DNA from: an uncultured Erysipelotrichaceae bacterium
GTDB lineage: Bacteria; Bacillota_I; Bacilli_A; RF39; UBA660
Assembly (NCBI GenBank): GCA_902794075.1
Contig: CADBGE010000001.1
Location: forward strand, 276,477-340,476
Reading direction: 5' to 3'
Length of the DNA: 64,000 nucleotides
In this document: positions 27,445-36,246 of the stretch, one piece after another
Numbering within the stretch: the first letter of the stretch is position 1
How the letters are laid out: the number at the start of each line of letters is the position of its first letter
Notes under the pieces: model-generated
What the model saw: the letters and a program-made list of their open reading frames with translations, nothing else
Told to the model about the DNA's origin: nothing
The model's database searches: none
Made by a program: the position numbers and the translations under genes

Positions 27445-28653
27445 CTAAACTTTTATTCTAATTGGGTTGTACACGAACCTCATATCTGCTGGTACTATAT
27501 TTTGTACATCACAGTTACATTTTTCTATTCCTAAACGCATAATATTGAATGATCCATTTATGTCAGCATTAATGTATAAACCATTTGCAGTTCTAAACAT
27601 TCCTCTATTTATGCGTTTTCCTTTATATGTTTCATGCTTACAAATCTTTTCATTATCAATAAAACTACACTTAGATGTATATGCTTCATTCACTATAATC
27701 ATATGTATTCCTGCTAACTTACACTTGTAATTAAGCATTTGTATTAACATATTGTATGGCACAGAAACAAAGTTTTGATTGTTTGTCTTACCTATGTTGA
27801 TACTGTCTTTCCAACCATTGTTCTTACCTACAAATAATGTATTAAGATTGTTTGTTTTCATATATTCAACTATAGAATAAGATATCTTATGCATATAATC
27901 TTTTATCTTGTTATTTCTACGATTAGTAAGTCTTTGTATTCTTTTGCTTGTATGTTTATGTTTTGTCAACTTAGATTGAAGCTGTCCCTTTCTTTTGTTA
28001 TAGAAATGATTAATTGATTTTAATTTTCTTCCATCATATATCATTGACTGACATACATTTGATGTCAATGTAGCTAAATTGTTTAATCCAAGATCTATAC
28101 TTCCAAATCTATTATTGTTTTCTTTTAACTCATATTCTTTATTATATATTATTTCTATTATGATATGATTTCCTCTTGGTATTATTCTAACTTGCTGTAT
28201 GTTTTCTTTGTCTGTTTTTAGTTCAATCCTATTGTGTTTGTCTATCTTTAATGTCAATATATTGTTCTTTATTTTAAAACATTGGTTAGTGTATGTTACT
28301 ATATTTCTACCTTTTTCTTTGTCTTTATAATGCGGCAATCTAACTTTCTTGCCTTTTATCTTAACTGATTTTATTGCTTTATAAAAAGACTTATATTGTT
28401 TGTCTATCTGCATTAATATCTGTTGTGCGCATTGTGTGTAAGGCAGAGAACGATAATCTATTTGGTTTTCAGATGATAACCGTTTATTCAAATCATAATA
28501 TGAAAGATGTGTTTTTGTTTCTTTGTAATGCTGTCTTATCTGATATAGTGCATAGTTATATAGATTCTTAGACTTTAAGCACAACTGATCTAACATAGAA
28601 AAATATCTATGTCTATTGTTTATAATTACCTGTTGTGTCAATTGAATTTTCAT
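27445..28653 (-). CDS. tnpB: TnpB (OrfB) RNA-guided endonuclease-family protein
   Basis: 402 aa. RuvC-I GSIDLGLNNLATL (D), RuvC-II IIVNEAYTSKCS (E), RuvC-III INADINGSFNI (D). The zinc-finger region has only two Cys (KCSF...ICKHE). Confidence 0.85.
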   Translation of the reverse strand: MKIQLTQQVIINNRHRYFSMLDQLCLKSKNLYNYALYQIRQHYKETKTHLSYYDLNKRLSSENQIDYRSLPYTQCAQQILMQIDKQYKSFYKAIKSVKIKGKKVRLPHYKDKEKGRNIVTYTNQCFKIKNNILTLKIDKHNRIELKTDKENIQQVRIIPRGNHIIIEIIYNKEYELKENNNRFGSIDLGLNNLATLTSNVCQSMIYDGRKLKSINHFYNKRKGQLQSKLTKHKHTSKRIQRLTNRRNNKIKDYMHKISYSIVEYMKTNNLNTLFVGKNNGWKDSINIGKTNNQNFVSVPYNMLIQMLNYKCKLAGIHMIIVNEAYTSKCSFIDNEKICKHETYKGKRINRGMFRTANGLYINADINGSFNIMRLGIEKCNCDVQNIVPADMRFVYNPIRIKV

Positions 28654-29252
28654 ATGTCAACTTCCAAGTTTTCTTCTATCAACTTAAGTTTATTTTTTCT
28701 ACGTTTAGAATACATTTTCATAGCAAAACAATGTATAAGAGATATAATGTCTTCAAATATTTCTTTATCATCATTGTCATTATTTTCTAATATGTCATTC
28801 ATAACTATTATATCACAATTAAATGATTTAAATAACTCTTTCCACATATTGAAACTAACTCTACTAAACCTATCTTTATTTGATATTAACACTGTTTTTA
28901 TTTTATGTTCTATCACATCAAATAACATATCTTTAAAGTTTTGTCTGTCAAAAGACACACCTGATGCAATGTCTTTATATATTTTGTTCACTACAAAACC
29001 ATTGCTATTTGCAAATAATTTTAATGTTTCTATCTGATTTTCTAAATCTTTTTTCTGTTTAGAAGTAGACACTCTTGCATATATGACAATATCACGTATT
29101 GGGCTAATACCAGCTATAGCATAAACATCATCATCGTTATAAATCAAATGTTTATCATTTATTTTTGTTGTTCGTATCTTTCCTTGTTTGGCATATTTAT
29201 ATATAGTATTTCTATGCAAACGTGTTAATTTATGTACATCTTTATATTCCAA
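28650..29252 (-). CDS. tnpA: IS607-type serine recombinase transposase TnpA
   Basis: 200 aa. N-terminal MerR-like HTH (LTRLHRNTIYKYAKQGKI) followed by the resolvase catalytic block VIYARVSTSKQKKDLENQ. Confidence 0.85.
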   Translation of the reverse strand: MEYKDVHKLTRLHRNTIYKYAKQGKIRTTKINDKHLIYNDDDVYAIAGISPIRDIVIYARVSTSKQKKDLENQIETLKLFANSNGFVVNKIYKDIASGVSFDRQNFKDMLFDVIEHKIKTVLISNKDRFSRVSFNMWKELFKSFNCDIIVMNDILENNDNDDKEIFEDIISLIHCFAMKMYSKRRKNKLKLIEENLEVDI

Positions 29253-29280
29253 AATTATATATGTTATATATTTATTTATA

Positions 29281-29320
29281 TATAAAAATAAAAATCTGTA
29301 CTAAATATAATACAGATTTT
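29281..29320 (-). terminator. rho-independent terminator-like hairpin downstream of 29342-29629
   Basis: aaaatctgta (29291-29300) pairs with tacagatttt (29311-29320). On the minus strand the hairpin is followed by TATTTTTATA. Confidence 0.5.
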
Positions 29321-29341
29321 ATAAAAAATTATAAATAATAT

Positions 29342-29629
29342 TTAAATGTTTATTATATTTCTTCTATCAAATTCAGTTATAATATTTTGTGACGGTTTGT
29401 CAACTGATGCCAAATACTTATGATAAAGTTTTTTACAAATAAACGGATTTCCATTACAGCCATTTTCATTCTTATTAGACCAAGGAAGCATACATTCAGG
29501 ATAACCATCATCCCACCACTCACATTTGTTTCCAAATTCAAAAAGCAATTTATTCGCCTTTCTATTAACAGCTATTCTTGGTTTATTTTTAGCCATCTTT
29601 TTTCTTTTGTATACTACATATTTAGCCAC
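29342..29629 (-). CDS. hypothetical basic Cys-rich protein
   Basis: 95-aa ORF. Confidence 0.5.
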   Translation of the reverse strand: MAKYVVYKRKKMAKNKPRIAVNRKANKLLFEFGNKCEWWDDGYPECMLPWSNKNENGCNGNPFICKKLYHKYLASVDKPSQNIITEFDRRNIINI

Positions 29630-30242
29630 CTATACAAACTAATGCATTATTTTCCCAATCAAAAATCTTTAATATATGAATTAAATCAAATATGAGATAT
29701 TCATATGAATTTGCTCCAGAAATAATCCATTTATTATCCATATCTATATTTATATTCAAAAAATGTCTCTTCTCATCGTCAAACCATTCATATTTCCAAC
29801 CATTAGCTTTAATGTTCCATTCTGCTTGATTAGCCTTCATGGCTTCTTCTGCAGTCCACCCTTCTTTTTTATGTAGATACATTGGCGGGTTTAACCACAT
29901 ATCACCCAATTTGTTTTTACTATCAACACGTCTTCCATTAAACCATTTTAAAATATGATTAGTCCGCACTTCTTCTATAATGTTCAAAAATTGTTCTTTG
30001 GATATTGTACCAAAATACATATCATCCTCAATGGACAATTCATTCTTAAATAAACAGGTTGAAAACTTATCTTCACATCCACTCATAATAACATCAGTCA
30101 ATGTGTCATACTTGACGCGTTCTTTTTGGAGTTCATTGAACATTATACCATCTTTATCTGCGCGATAATCATCTTCTGTAAAATTTTCATACTTATGGAC
30201 GATTTCTTTTGGTACGCAATATAAACTAATTCTAAAACCCAT
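29622..30242 (-). CDS. hypothetical protein
   Basis: 206-aa ORF. Confidence 0.55.
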   Translation of the reverse strand: MGFRISLYCVPKEIVHKYENFTEDDYRADKDGIMFNELQKERVKYDTLTDVIMSGCEDKFSTCLFKNELSIEDDMYFGTISKEQFLNIIEEVRTNHILKWFNGRRVDSKNKLGDMWLNPPMYLHKKEGWTAEEAMKANQAEWNIKANGWKYEWFDDEKRHFLNINIDMDNKWIISGANSYEYLIFDLIHILKIFDWENNALVCIGG

Positions 30243-30256
30243 GTTATTAATTATTA

Positions 30257-30517
30257 TTAATTTTCTTGGTAACTATTCAGAATATTTAAGAGTTTTGTCA
30301 TAACCTCAATGTCGTAGTGATATTCTGGATTCATGACCTCTATGAGGTTGTTCACTTTATAGGCGCACGAACCGATAATTGCCTCATATGAGCAAAGTTC
30401 GTCTGTTCGCAAGTCTTCGATAACTTCTTCGATTGTGTCTATTGTTATCTGATGCGGTTTGACATAAGAACTGATACTTAGTTCTTCTACCTGTTCAATA
30501 ATTTTTCTAAATTTCAT
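30257..30517 (-). CDS. hypothetical protein
   Basis: 86-aa ORF. Confidence 0.5.
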   Translation of the reverse strand: MKFRKIIEQVEELSISSYVKPHQITIDTIEEVIEDLRTDELCSYEAIIGSCAYKVNNLIEVMNPEYHYDIEVMTKLLNILNSYQEN

Positions 30518-30536
30518 AGTTTTATACGTATTTATG

Positions 30537-30992
30537 TCACAATTTCTTTTTCAATTCTTCTATTTCTTTTTGTTTTTTCTTAATTTCCGCTTGTATTTTC
30601 TTCTTTTCTGTTTCCTGCCTAGAATATGTCTCTGCTAAAGTATGAGCTTCTTTGCAAATCCTTTTAAAGAATTCTTCATTAGTCTCAAGTTCATTCTTCC
30701 ATGCAACGATGTAATTATCTTCATATCCGGACCATCGTTCTTCAAGATTTGTATAACCTTGTGATTTTAGAGTCTGAAGATATACAATTACATCATCAAT
30801 ATTATTAAATAATCTTTCTTTTTCAACATCTTTTGTATGATCAGTATTCTTTCTTTTGTCTGCCTCATTCTTTTTTAAAGTCTCAATGACTCTTTCGATA
30901 ACATTTTCTGAATATCCACAGTACTCAAATTCATATTTTACTATATCATCGATAGTATAAAGTTCGTCCCAAATCCATTCTGTTTTTGACAT
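30537..30992 (-). CDS. hypothetical protein, paralog of 4337-4846
   Basis: 151 aa with shared blocks and a K/E-rich coiled-coil tail. Confidence 0.6.
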   Translation of the reverse strand: MSKTEWIWDELYTIDDIVKYEFEYCGYSENVIERVIETLKKNEADKRKNTDHTKDVEKERLFNNIDDVIVYLQTLKSQGYTNLEERWSGYEDNYIVAWKNELETNEEFFKRICKEAHTLAETYSRQETEKKKIQAEIKKKQKEIEELKKKL

Positions 30993-30998
30993 AATACT

Positions 30999-31232
30999 TT
31001 ATAATGTTATATTAAACTCTTCGATTATATCTTCTTTATATGTACAGCAGAATACTGTTTCACCAAATATATCTCTATAACGAGGTCTCTCACAATCATC
31101 AATATAAATGCCACATGGAATAGTATCATCGATCATACCATACTCACCATGATACCAAATATTAATATATGAACCTTTCCAAAACCCCATGTCAAACATT
31201 AATTCTGGAGTAAGTTTTGTTTTGTTTTCCAT
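30999..31232 (-). CDS. hypothetical protein
   Basis: 77-aa ORF, first gene after a promoter-motif copy. Confidence 0.5.
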   Translation of the reverse strand: MENKTKLTPELMFDMGFWKGSYINIWYHGEYGMIDDTIPCGIYIDDCERPRYRDIFGETVFCCTYKEDIIEEFNITL

Positions 31233-31247
31233 ATTTTGGCAATTTTA

Positions 31248-31288
31248 ATTACGATTATAATATATAAATGATTGTGCAAAAATTCAAA
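31248..31288 (-). promoter_or_regulatory. 41-bp conserved promoter motif, class copy 6
   Basis: attacgattataatatataaatg...aaattcaaa with 32-nt spacing. Confidence 0.6.
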
Positions 31289-31295
31289 AATTAAG

Positions 31296-31490
31296 TTAAC
31301 ATTCTTTTATAATATATAATTCGTTACATATTGGACAATGAACACCAACACATCGTTTAGACATTGGCAATATTCCAAGAAACGCATGAGGATCCCAATA
31401 ATAGTCAGTTCTTATATCTTTTCTATCAAATTCAAAAACACAACCACAGTTTTCACATTTAACAGGATTTGGACTTTTAATAATTTTCAT
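31296..31490 (-). CDS. zinc-ribbon small protein
   Basis: 64 aa with CENCGC...CPICNELY. Confidence 0.5.
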   Translation of the reverse strand: MKIIKSPNPVKCENCGCVFEFDRKDIRTDYYWDPHAFLGILPMSKRCVGVHCPICNELYIIKEC

Positions 31491-31804
31491 TTTAAATCAA
31501 ACAATTGTTCTCGTGTATAATTCCATCCGCTATCTGTATCTCTGCAAATTATATTAAATAAATCTTCTGGCGCAGTTTCTTTTATCTTATCTAACAATTT
31601 ATTCTTCAATTGTTCTAATCGTTCATGTGTGAAGTATTGTCTTTCTACCTCACGTTCATCTGCATACAAATCATATGGATCACAATATTTTTCAGATACG
31701 TCATAATCTACGGGTACATTTATGTAATCCATTTCTAACGTTATGAACGGCTCAAAAGTATATACTCTGTTATCTACATATTCTTCATTCATTTGTTCAT
31801 TCAT
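31487..31804 (-). CDS. hypothetical acidic protein
   Basis: 105-aa ORF. Confidence 0.5.
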   Translation of the reverse strand: MNEQMNEEYVDNRVYTFEPFITLEMDYINVPVDYDVSEKYCDPYDLYADEREVERQYFTHERLEQLKNKLLDKIKETAPEDLFNIICRDTDSGWNYTREQLFDLK

Positions 31805-31931
31805 TTTCTTTATTCATTAATTTGTTAATGTCATTTCTCAATTTATTAATGTTCTTAAGAACCTCACCTATACCTAATGAGATTAAAATAACATAAGCAG
31901 ACATTGCAACAAATAGTATAAAAACTTCCAT
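31797..31931 (-). CDS. small single-pass membrane protein (below cutoff)
   Basis: Own translation MEVFILFVAMSAYVILISLGIGEVLKNINKLRNDINKLMNKENE*. Confidence 0.3.
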   Translation of the reverse strand: MEVFILFVAMSAYVILISLGIGEVLKNINKLRNDINKLMNKENE

Positions 31932-31939
31932 ATAAAAAT

Positions 31940-32101
31940 TCATTCGTCAGTATTTTCACTATATGTATAAATTGCGGCACATACACCACTTATTATAGCA
32001 TATAATATTCTATAAGTTGGATTAGAAAAAGTTTGAGTAGCTATCGCACTATATATTGCAACAAGCAACAATATATTTCTAATATAAGGACTTAGCTTCA
32101 T
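31940..32101 (-). CDS. small two-helix membrane protein (below cutoff)
   Basis: Own translation MKLSPYIRNILLLVAIYSAIATQTFSNPTYRILYAIISGVCAAIYTYSENTDE*. Confidence 0.3.
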   Translation of the reverse strand: MKLSPYIRNILLLVAIYSAIATQTFSNPTYRILYAIISGVCAAIYTYSENTDE

Positions 32102-32106
32102 AATTT

Positions 32107-32283
32107 TTAATTTTCTTCAATTAAAACAAACGGGCAACCATCAATATCGGAATCTTCATGAGCATTAAAATCTTTTGTAGTTACCCATCCACCCATATTG
32201 TCAGACATTCCGATCTCAACATCAACATTGCCGATATTAGTTCGGATTTCTTCCAATTTCTTTATTAATTCGTCTACTGTCAT
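32107..32283 (-). CDS. small hypothetical protein (below cutoff)
   Basis: Own translation MTVDELIKKLEEIRTNIGNVDVEIGMSDNMGGWVTTKDFNAHEDSDIDGCPFVLIEEN*. Confidence 0.35.
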   Translation of the reverse strand: MTVDELIKKLEEIRTNIGNVDVEIGMSDNMGGWVTTKDFNAHEDSDIDGCPFVLIEEN

Positions 32284-32291
32284 TTTTTCTA

Positions 32292-32645
32292 TTATTTAAT
32301 GTTTGACAAAGTTAACACATCACCTACTTTATACTTTTCAGGTTCATCCCAGAAAATGTATTTATCATAAATAAACTTTTTATCTTTTTTAAAAAAGAAA
32401 TGATTTTCTATAGTATATTTCCATAATTTTTTTGATATACAAGATTCATCATATTGAGTTTCAGATTCCTCAATCTTCGTTACATAAAAATGTATTGGAA
32501 CTATCTCGCTTTTTGAACCTGCTTTAAATCTGTTTGTGTTAAAATACGTTTGTTTACTTTGTATTATGTTTATTACTATAAGTAACATAAATACCGTTGA
32601 CAAAACTGTAGTAACAATAAATAAACTATTTGTTCCCATAATCAT
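32292..32645 (-). CDS. membrane protein (start trimmed)
   Basis: The track start at 32738 runs through the promoter motif at 32657-32699. The start at MIMGTNSLFIVTTVLSTVFMLLIVINII gives a one-TM protein. Confidence 0.5.
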   Translation of the reverse strand: MIMGTNSLFIVTTVLSTVFMLLIVINIIQSKQTYFNTNRFKAGSKSEIVPIHFYVTKIEESETQYDESCISKKLWKYTIENHFFFKKDKKFIYDKYIFWDEPEKYKVGDVLTLSNIK

Positions 32646-32656
32646 ATATAAAATTT

Positions 32657-32699
32657 TAATTACATATATAAAATATAAAAATAGCATTAAAAATTCAAA
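32657..32699 (-). promoter_or_regulatory. promoter-like motif copy (variant)
   Basis: aaattcaaa at 32691-32699 with taattacatatataaaatataaaaatag. Confidence 0.45.
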
Positions 32700-32724
32700 T
32701 GATTTAAAATTTTTAACACTATAC

Positions 32725-32913
32725 TTATTTATCATCAACCAAATCCCAAAAATTTCTATTTACTAAATCAGCAAATTCCTCAGGAATGTCTTTTTGGTTT
32801 TCTACAATATCATCAAGAATCTCAATAACTTCTCCAAGTGACTTGTCTTCATAATGTTTCTTAAACCATTCAGATTCACCCAAATGTTCATATCGTTCTT
32901 TATTATTGTTCAT
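32725..32913 (-). CDS. hypothetical protein
   Basis: 62-aa ORF. Confidence 0.5.
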   Translation of the reverse strand: MNNNKERYEHLGESEWFKKHYEDKSLGEVIEILDDIVENQKDIPEEFADLVNRNFWDLVDDK

Positions 32914-33317
32914 ATGTCTAAGTTATCAGGAATTAAATCATCTGTGTAACACCAATAGTCAAAAATTTCACGTTCTAAACCCCATATATTTCCGTTACTG
33001 TCTGTGAATGTACCATCTTCATTTATTGTGCACAATTCTTCATTCCAGCCATCATACCAGAATATGCATAACGCATAATACACATAATTGGAATTAATTT
33101 GACGTGTTGGCTTTTCATTACCTGGATGCCATAGATCTTTTAATTCATTAATCGGCTGTCTATATTGAGCAAGCATATTTTGCATTTCTTTAAGCTGCTT
33201 CTCATTCATTTTAGTTAATTCTTTATATGCGTTATTTTCTTCTCGAAGATGCTCAATAGTTTTCACCATCACTTTTATTTCTTCATCTGTATATGGAATA
33301 TGTTCTTGTTCAATCAT
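32910..33317 (-). CDS. hypothetical protein (start trimmed)
   Basis: The track start at 33377 lies inside the promoter motif. MIEQEHIPYTDEE at 33317 is the plausible start. Confidence 0.5.
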   Translation of the reverse strand: MIEQEHIPYTDEEIKVMVKTIEHLREENNAYKELTKMNEKQLKEMQNMLAQYRQPINELKDLWHPGNEKPTRQINSNYVYYALCIFWYDGWNEELCTINEDGTFTDSNGNIWGLEREIFDYWCYTDDLIPDNLDI

Positions 33318-33332
33318 AATGTTAAAGTCATT

Positions 33333-33378
33333 TATAATTATAATTATAATATAAAAAAGGATGACTGAAAAATTCAAT
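33333..33378 (-). promoter_or_regulatory. promoter-like motif copy (variant, aaattcaat)
   Basis: aaattcaat at 33370-33378 with tttataattataattataatataaaaaag. Confidence 0.4.
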
Positions 33379-33423
33379 CACCCAAAATAAAGATATAAAA
33401 CACAATATGAAACTTCTAAATGC

Positions 33424-33771
33424 TTAATTCTTATCACAAATCTTATATCGTTCAAACAACCTATAAAATTTTGTATAGATGTCCTTTAATTCATAGATAT
33501 CGTCAATGTTTGCTTTCTTTACATCTACAAGAGAATCATGTGATTCATTATCAAGTTCATACTCATCATATGACATATTGAAAAATACTGGGAACGCATC
33601 AAGAATCTCGTCATATTCATCAGAATTAATGTACAATACACATGAAATAACATCGGATGAATCTTGTTCATTTGAATATAATTCGCATGTTGTAGTTGTA
33701 GTCTTTAGAACATCGATAACAAATTCACAATCTTGAACGCCGTTTAAATCAATAACAAATTCCTTTACCAT
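33424..33771 (-). CDS. hypothetical acidic protein
   Basis: 115-aa ORF. Confidence 0.5.
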   Translation of the reverse strand: MVKEFVIDLNGVQDCEFVIDVLKTTTTTCELYSNEQDSSDVISCVLYINSDEYDEILDAFPVFFNMSYDEYELDNESHDSLVDVKKANIDDIYELKDIYTKFYRLFERYKICDKN

Positions 33772-33789
33772 ATTAATTTACATTATATA

Positions 33790-34002
33790 TTAATTATTAT
33801 TATTATTTCTAAAGAAACTACCAATAATACCTAACAAAATAACAATCCCAAATGATTGCCAAAATGTTAAAATAGGTGCACCGCTCCAGAATATAGGTGC
33901 AAGCCAATTCCATAACAGCATGAATACATAAGGAGTAAATGCCATACACAATATAACTATCACAAGTGCAGTAATGCAATTAGTTGTATCATTATTCTTC
34001 AT
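33790..34002 (-). CDS. small two-TM membrane protein
   Basis: 70 aa. ITALVIVILCMAFTPYVFMLLW and FGIVILLGIIGSFF are hydrophobic spans. Confidence 0.55.
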   Translation of the reverse strand: MKNNDTTNCITALVIVILCMAFTPYVFMLLWNWLAPIFWSGAPILTFWQSFGIVILLGIIGSFFRNNNNN

Positions 34003-34139
34003 AATTACTAAGCTTTATATAATCTGATGGTTTATATTTACAATTCGGGCCATAAATAGTATTCATCATCTTTGCCCAATTAACAGATGATCCTGTATAA
34101 ATACGTTTACGTTTCTTGTTCATAATATCTATTTATAAT

Positions 34140-34715
34140 TTATGAGAAATTTTCGTGAATTGTCCAACGAAGTCCATCGTTAAAGAAATCTGTTTGATAC
34201 CCAGTAGAGAATGTATATCCAAGTTCTTTATATTTTTCTTGGTCCTTAGAAAAATCATATAACTTCGTTTCGTTATTATAAGAACAACTATCATAACCAT
34301 CAGGATACCATGAAAACGCCATCTCCAAGAATTCAGCCTTGTCCTGCACTTCATAGTATTCATCAATAACAACAATGTCATCTTGCATAATAAAATCAGT
34401 CAATCCCTGCTTTGTCAGCGGATAACGATATTCATATTCATACTTGGGAATATATTCTCCGTTCTCCATGTATGACATATTGTGCTTGATGATATTCGGA
34501 CACCATTGAAATTTCCATCCGTTACTACGTTTGCCGATATGAAGCTTACCCCACTCATTCGTTTGGTCATATTCATCAGGCTCACCATAGATCTTGTTGA
34601 CCATGTCAATGACCTCCTTAAAGTGTTCTCCATTCTTCGTTGAACGAATAAGATCTGTCAACTCATTGATCTGTCCAAAGGTTGGTTTATGACGAAGATA
34701 GTAATTTGTACTCAT
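34140..34715 (-). CDS. hypothetical protein
   Basis: 191-aa ORF. The nested same-strand ORFs 34133-34381 and 34415-34633 are in other frames. Confidence 0.55.
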   Translation of the reverse strand: MSTNYYLRHKPTFGQINELTDLIRSTKNGEHFKEVIDMVNKIYGEPDEYDQTNEWGKLHIGKRSNGWKFQWCPNIIKHNMSYMENGEYIPKYEYEYRYPLTKQGLTDFIMQDDIVVIDEYYEVQDKAEFLEMAFSWYPDGYDSCSYNNETKLYDFSKDQEKYKELGYTFSTGYQTDFFNDGLRWTIHENFS

Positions 34716-34745
34716 AATTGTTATGTTTATGAAATATTACAATTA

Positions 34746-34786
34746 TAATATAATTATCTTTAATGAAAAATTCAATTCATTCTATT
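34746..34786 (-). promoter_or_regulatory. promoter-like motif copy (variant)
   Basis: aaaattcaat at 34777-34786 with attacaattataatataatta. Confidence 0.4.
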
Positions 34787-35164
34787 TAAAATATGTTCAA
34801 ATCCGCATTCATAAAGTTTAAATTTATTATTTTCGCCTGGAACGGTTGGCTGAACATATTCATATCCTGTCTCAATGTTCTGAACAACAAAATAAAATCC
34901 CTTCAATTTATCATCCCATAATACTGCCACATTCCAGTTGGAATCTTTCATAAATATAAAATCGTATGTCTCATCAAGTGTTGGCGCATATATAATATTG
35001 ATATTACTAGTCATTTCAATATATGCACATTCTTCAAATGAAATATGGCATTCTTTATATTCACAAGCATTATTCTTTACATATTGTTTTGGAGAATATT
35101 TGTTATACCCATGCTCATTAAGTTTGAGAGCCAACGAAAGAGATACATAATCTTGTGTAGTCAT
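34772..35164 (-). CDS. hypothetical protein
   Basis: 130-aa ORF. Confidence 0.5.
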   Translation of the reverse strand: MTTQDYVSLSLALKLNEHGYNKYSPKQYVKNNACEYKECHISFEECAYIEMTSNINIIYAPTLDETYDFIFMKDSNWNVAVLWDDKLKGFYFVVQNIETGYEYVQPTVPGENNKFKLYECGFEHILNRMN

Positions 35165-35180
35165 AATCTTACTTTTTTAA

Positions 35181-35837
35181 TTAAAAACAACAATTACATT
35201 CATCATCCTCGCAATTAAGTAAATAATCTTCTCCAGTACATGTTCCGTCTATATAATCCTTATATGTATAGTCATATGTTTCTTCATCAGTTCCATAATA
35301 TACGGAATCATTAATCTTAAAGTCAGGTCCCCACTTCTCAAGAACAGTCTTAGGATTGCTTGTAGGACACTTGAAGATTGCACCGCGGATAGCATGTTCA
35401 TCCATATTAGTGCGATAGAATCCCATGAAATCCTCCATCAGCTTGTAGACCTTCTCAGCATTTTCCTTACCAATAAGTTCATCAAGCTTTTCGGTCTCTT
35501 CTCCAGTACGAACAAGTTCACCAGTTCCGAAGATGTCCTTATGTACAGTACGATGACCGCCTTCCTTGAAGTTCTGCATCAGAAACTCACAAGCCGTTTT
35601 AAACATATCGTTCGCTCCATAAGCCTCAAGATAATCTTCAACAATCTGTCGTTGTACCTGCTCAGGTAGATAATGCCATTCATAACATCTATCTTTATTT
35701 ATATCAAGAATGTGCTTCTTATAGCATTCCTCATATAACATAATATCAACAGAGGGCTGTGCACGTCGATACATTTCCTTAATCATATTGGTACAAGCCT
35801 CTGCAATGACTTTATCTCTTGTAATATAGTTATTCAT
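35181..35837 (-). CDS. hypothetical protein
   Basis: 218-aa ORF. Confidence 0.55.
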   Translation of the reverse strand: MNNYITRDKVIAEACTNMIKEMYRRAQPSVDIMLYEECYKKHILDINKDRCYEWHYLPEQVQRQIVEDYLEAYGANDMFKTACEFLMQNFKEGGHRTVHKDIFGTGELVRTGEETEKLDELIGKENAEKVYKLMEDFMGFYRTNMDEHAIRGAIFKCPTSNPKTVLEKWGPDFKINDSVYYGTDEETYDYTYKDYIDGTCTGEDYLLNCEDDECNCCF

Positions 35838-35859
35838 AATTTTATATATATTTAAATGT

Positions 35860-36150
35860 TTAATATGCTAACTTATATCCTGCCTCAAGAAACAATTCAC
35901 AGATTGCGTCAATCTCCTCCCAGGTGCCTTCAACACCAAGTCCTTCTGTGATTGCATCAGTCATTGTTGGATAAAGTTTTACACGGTCGCCCCACTTACG
36001 AGCAAGATATCCTCCAGAACAGATTCCACCTATCTCATACATATGTGCCTCGCCAAGTGATCCGATCTCCTTTCCATTGTCATCAAACAATGTCCAATAA
36101 ACATTGTTGATACTAGGTCCTGATGTCACTAGATGCTTCTTTACAGTCAT
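35860..36150 (-). CDS. hypothetical protein
   Basis: 96-aa ORF. Confidence 0.5.
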   Translation of the reverse strand: MTVKKHLVTSGPSINNVYWTLFDDNGKEIGSLGEAHMYEIGGICSGGYLARKWGDRVKLYPTMTDAITEGLGVEGTWEEIDAICELFLEAGYKLAY

Positions 36151-36246
36151 AATCTTAATAAGTATTTTAGAATAATAACAACAATAAAATATATATAAAT
36201 AATGAAAAATTCAATAAGATGACAAATATTTTTTAATAATACTTAA

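Larger units (their letters stand above)
27421..29290 (-). mobile_element. IS607-family insertion sequence (tnpA serine recombinase plus tnpB); ends approximate
   Basis: tnpA and tnpB overlap by 4 nt and sit between a phage terminator hairpin (29291-29320) and a phage promoter-motif copy (27371-27419). No inverted repeats or target duplication were seen, as expected for IS607. Confidence 0.7.

Noticed and set aside
16895-33377. N-terminal extensions of track ORFs 16895-17248, 24337-24684, 32292-32738 and 32910-33377.
   Set aside because: The extensions read straight through copies of the intergenic promoter motif (for example KSFEF and MNFSV are just translated aaattcaaa) and give nonsense hydrophobic peptides. 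An internal Met right after the motif is the better start.
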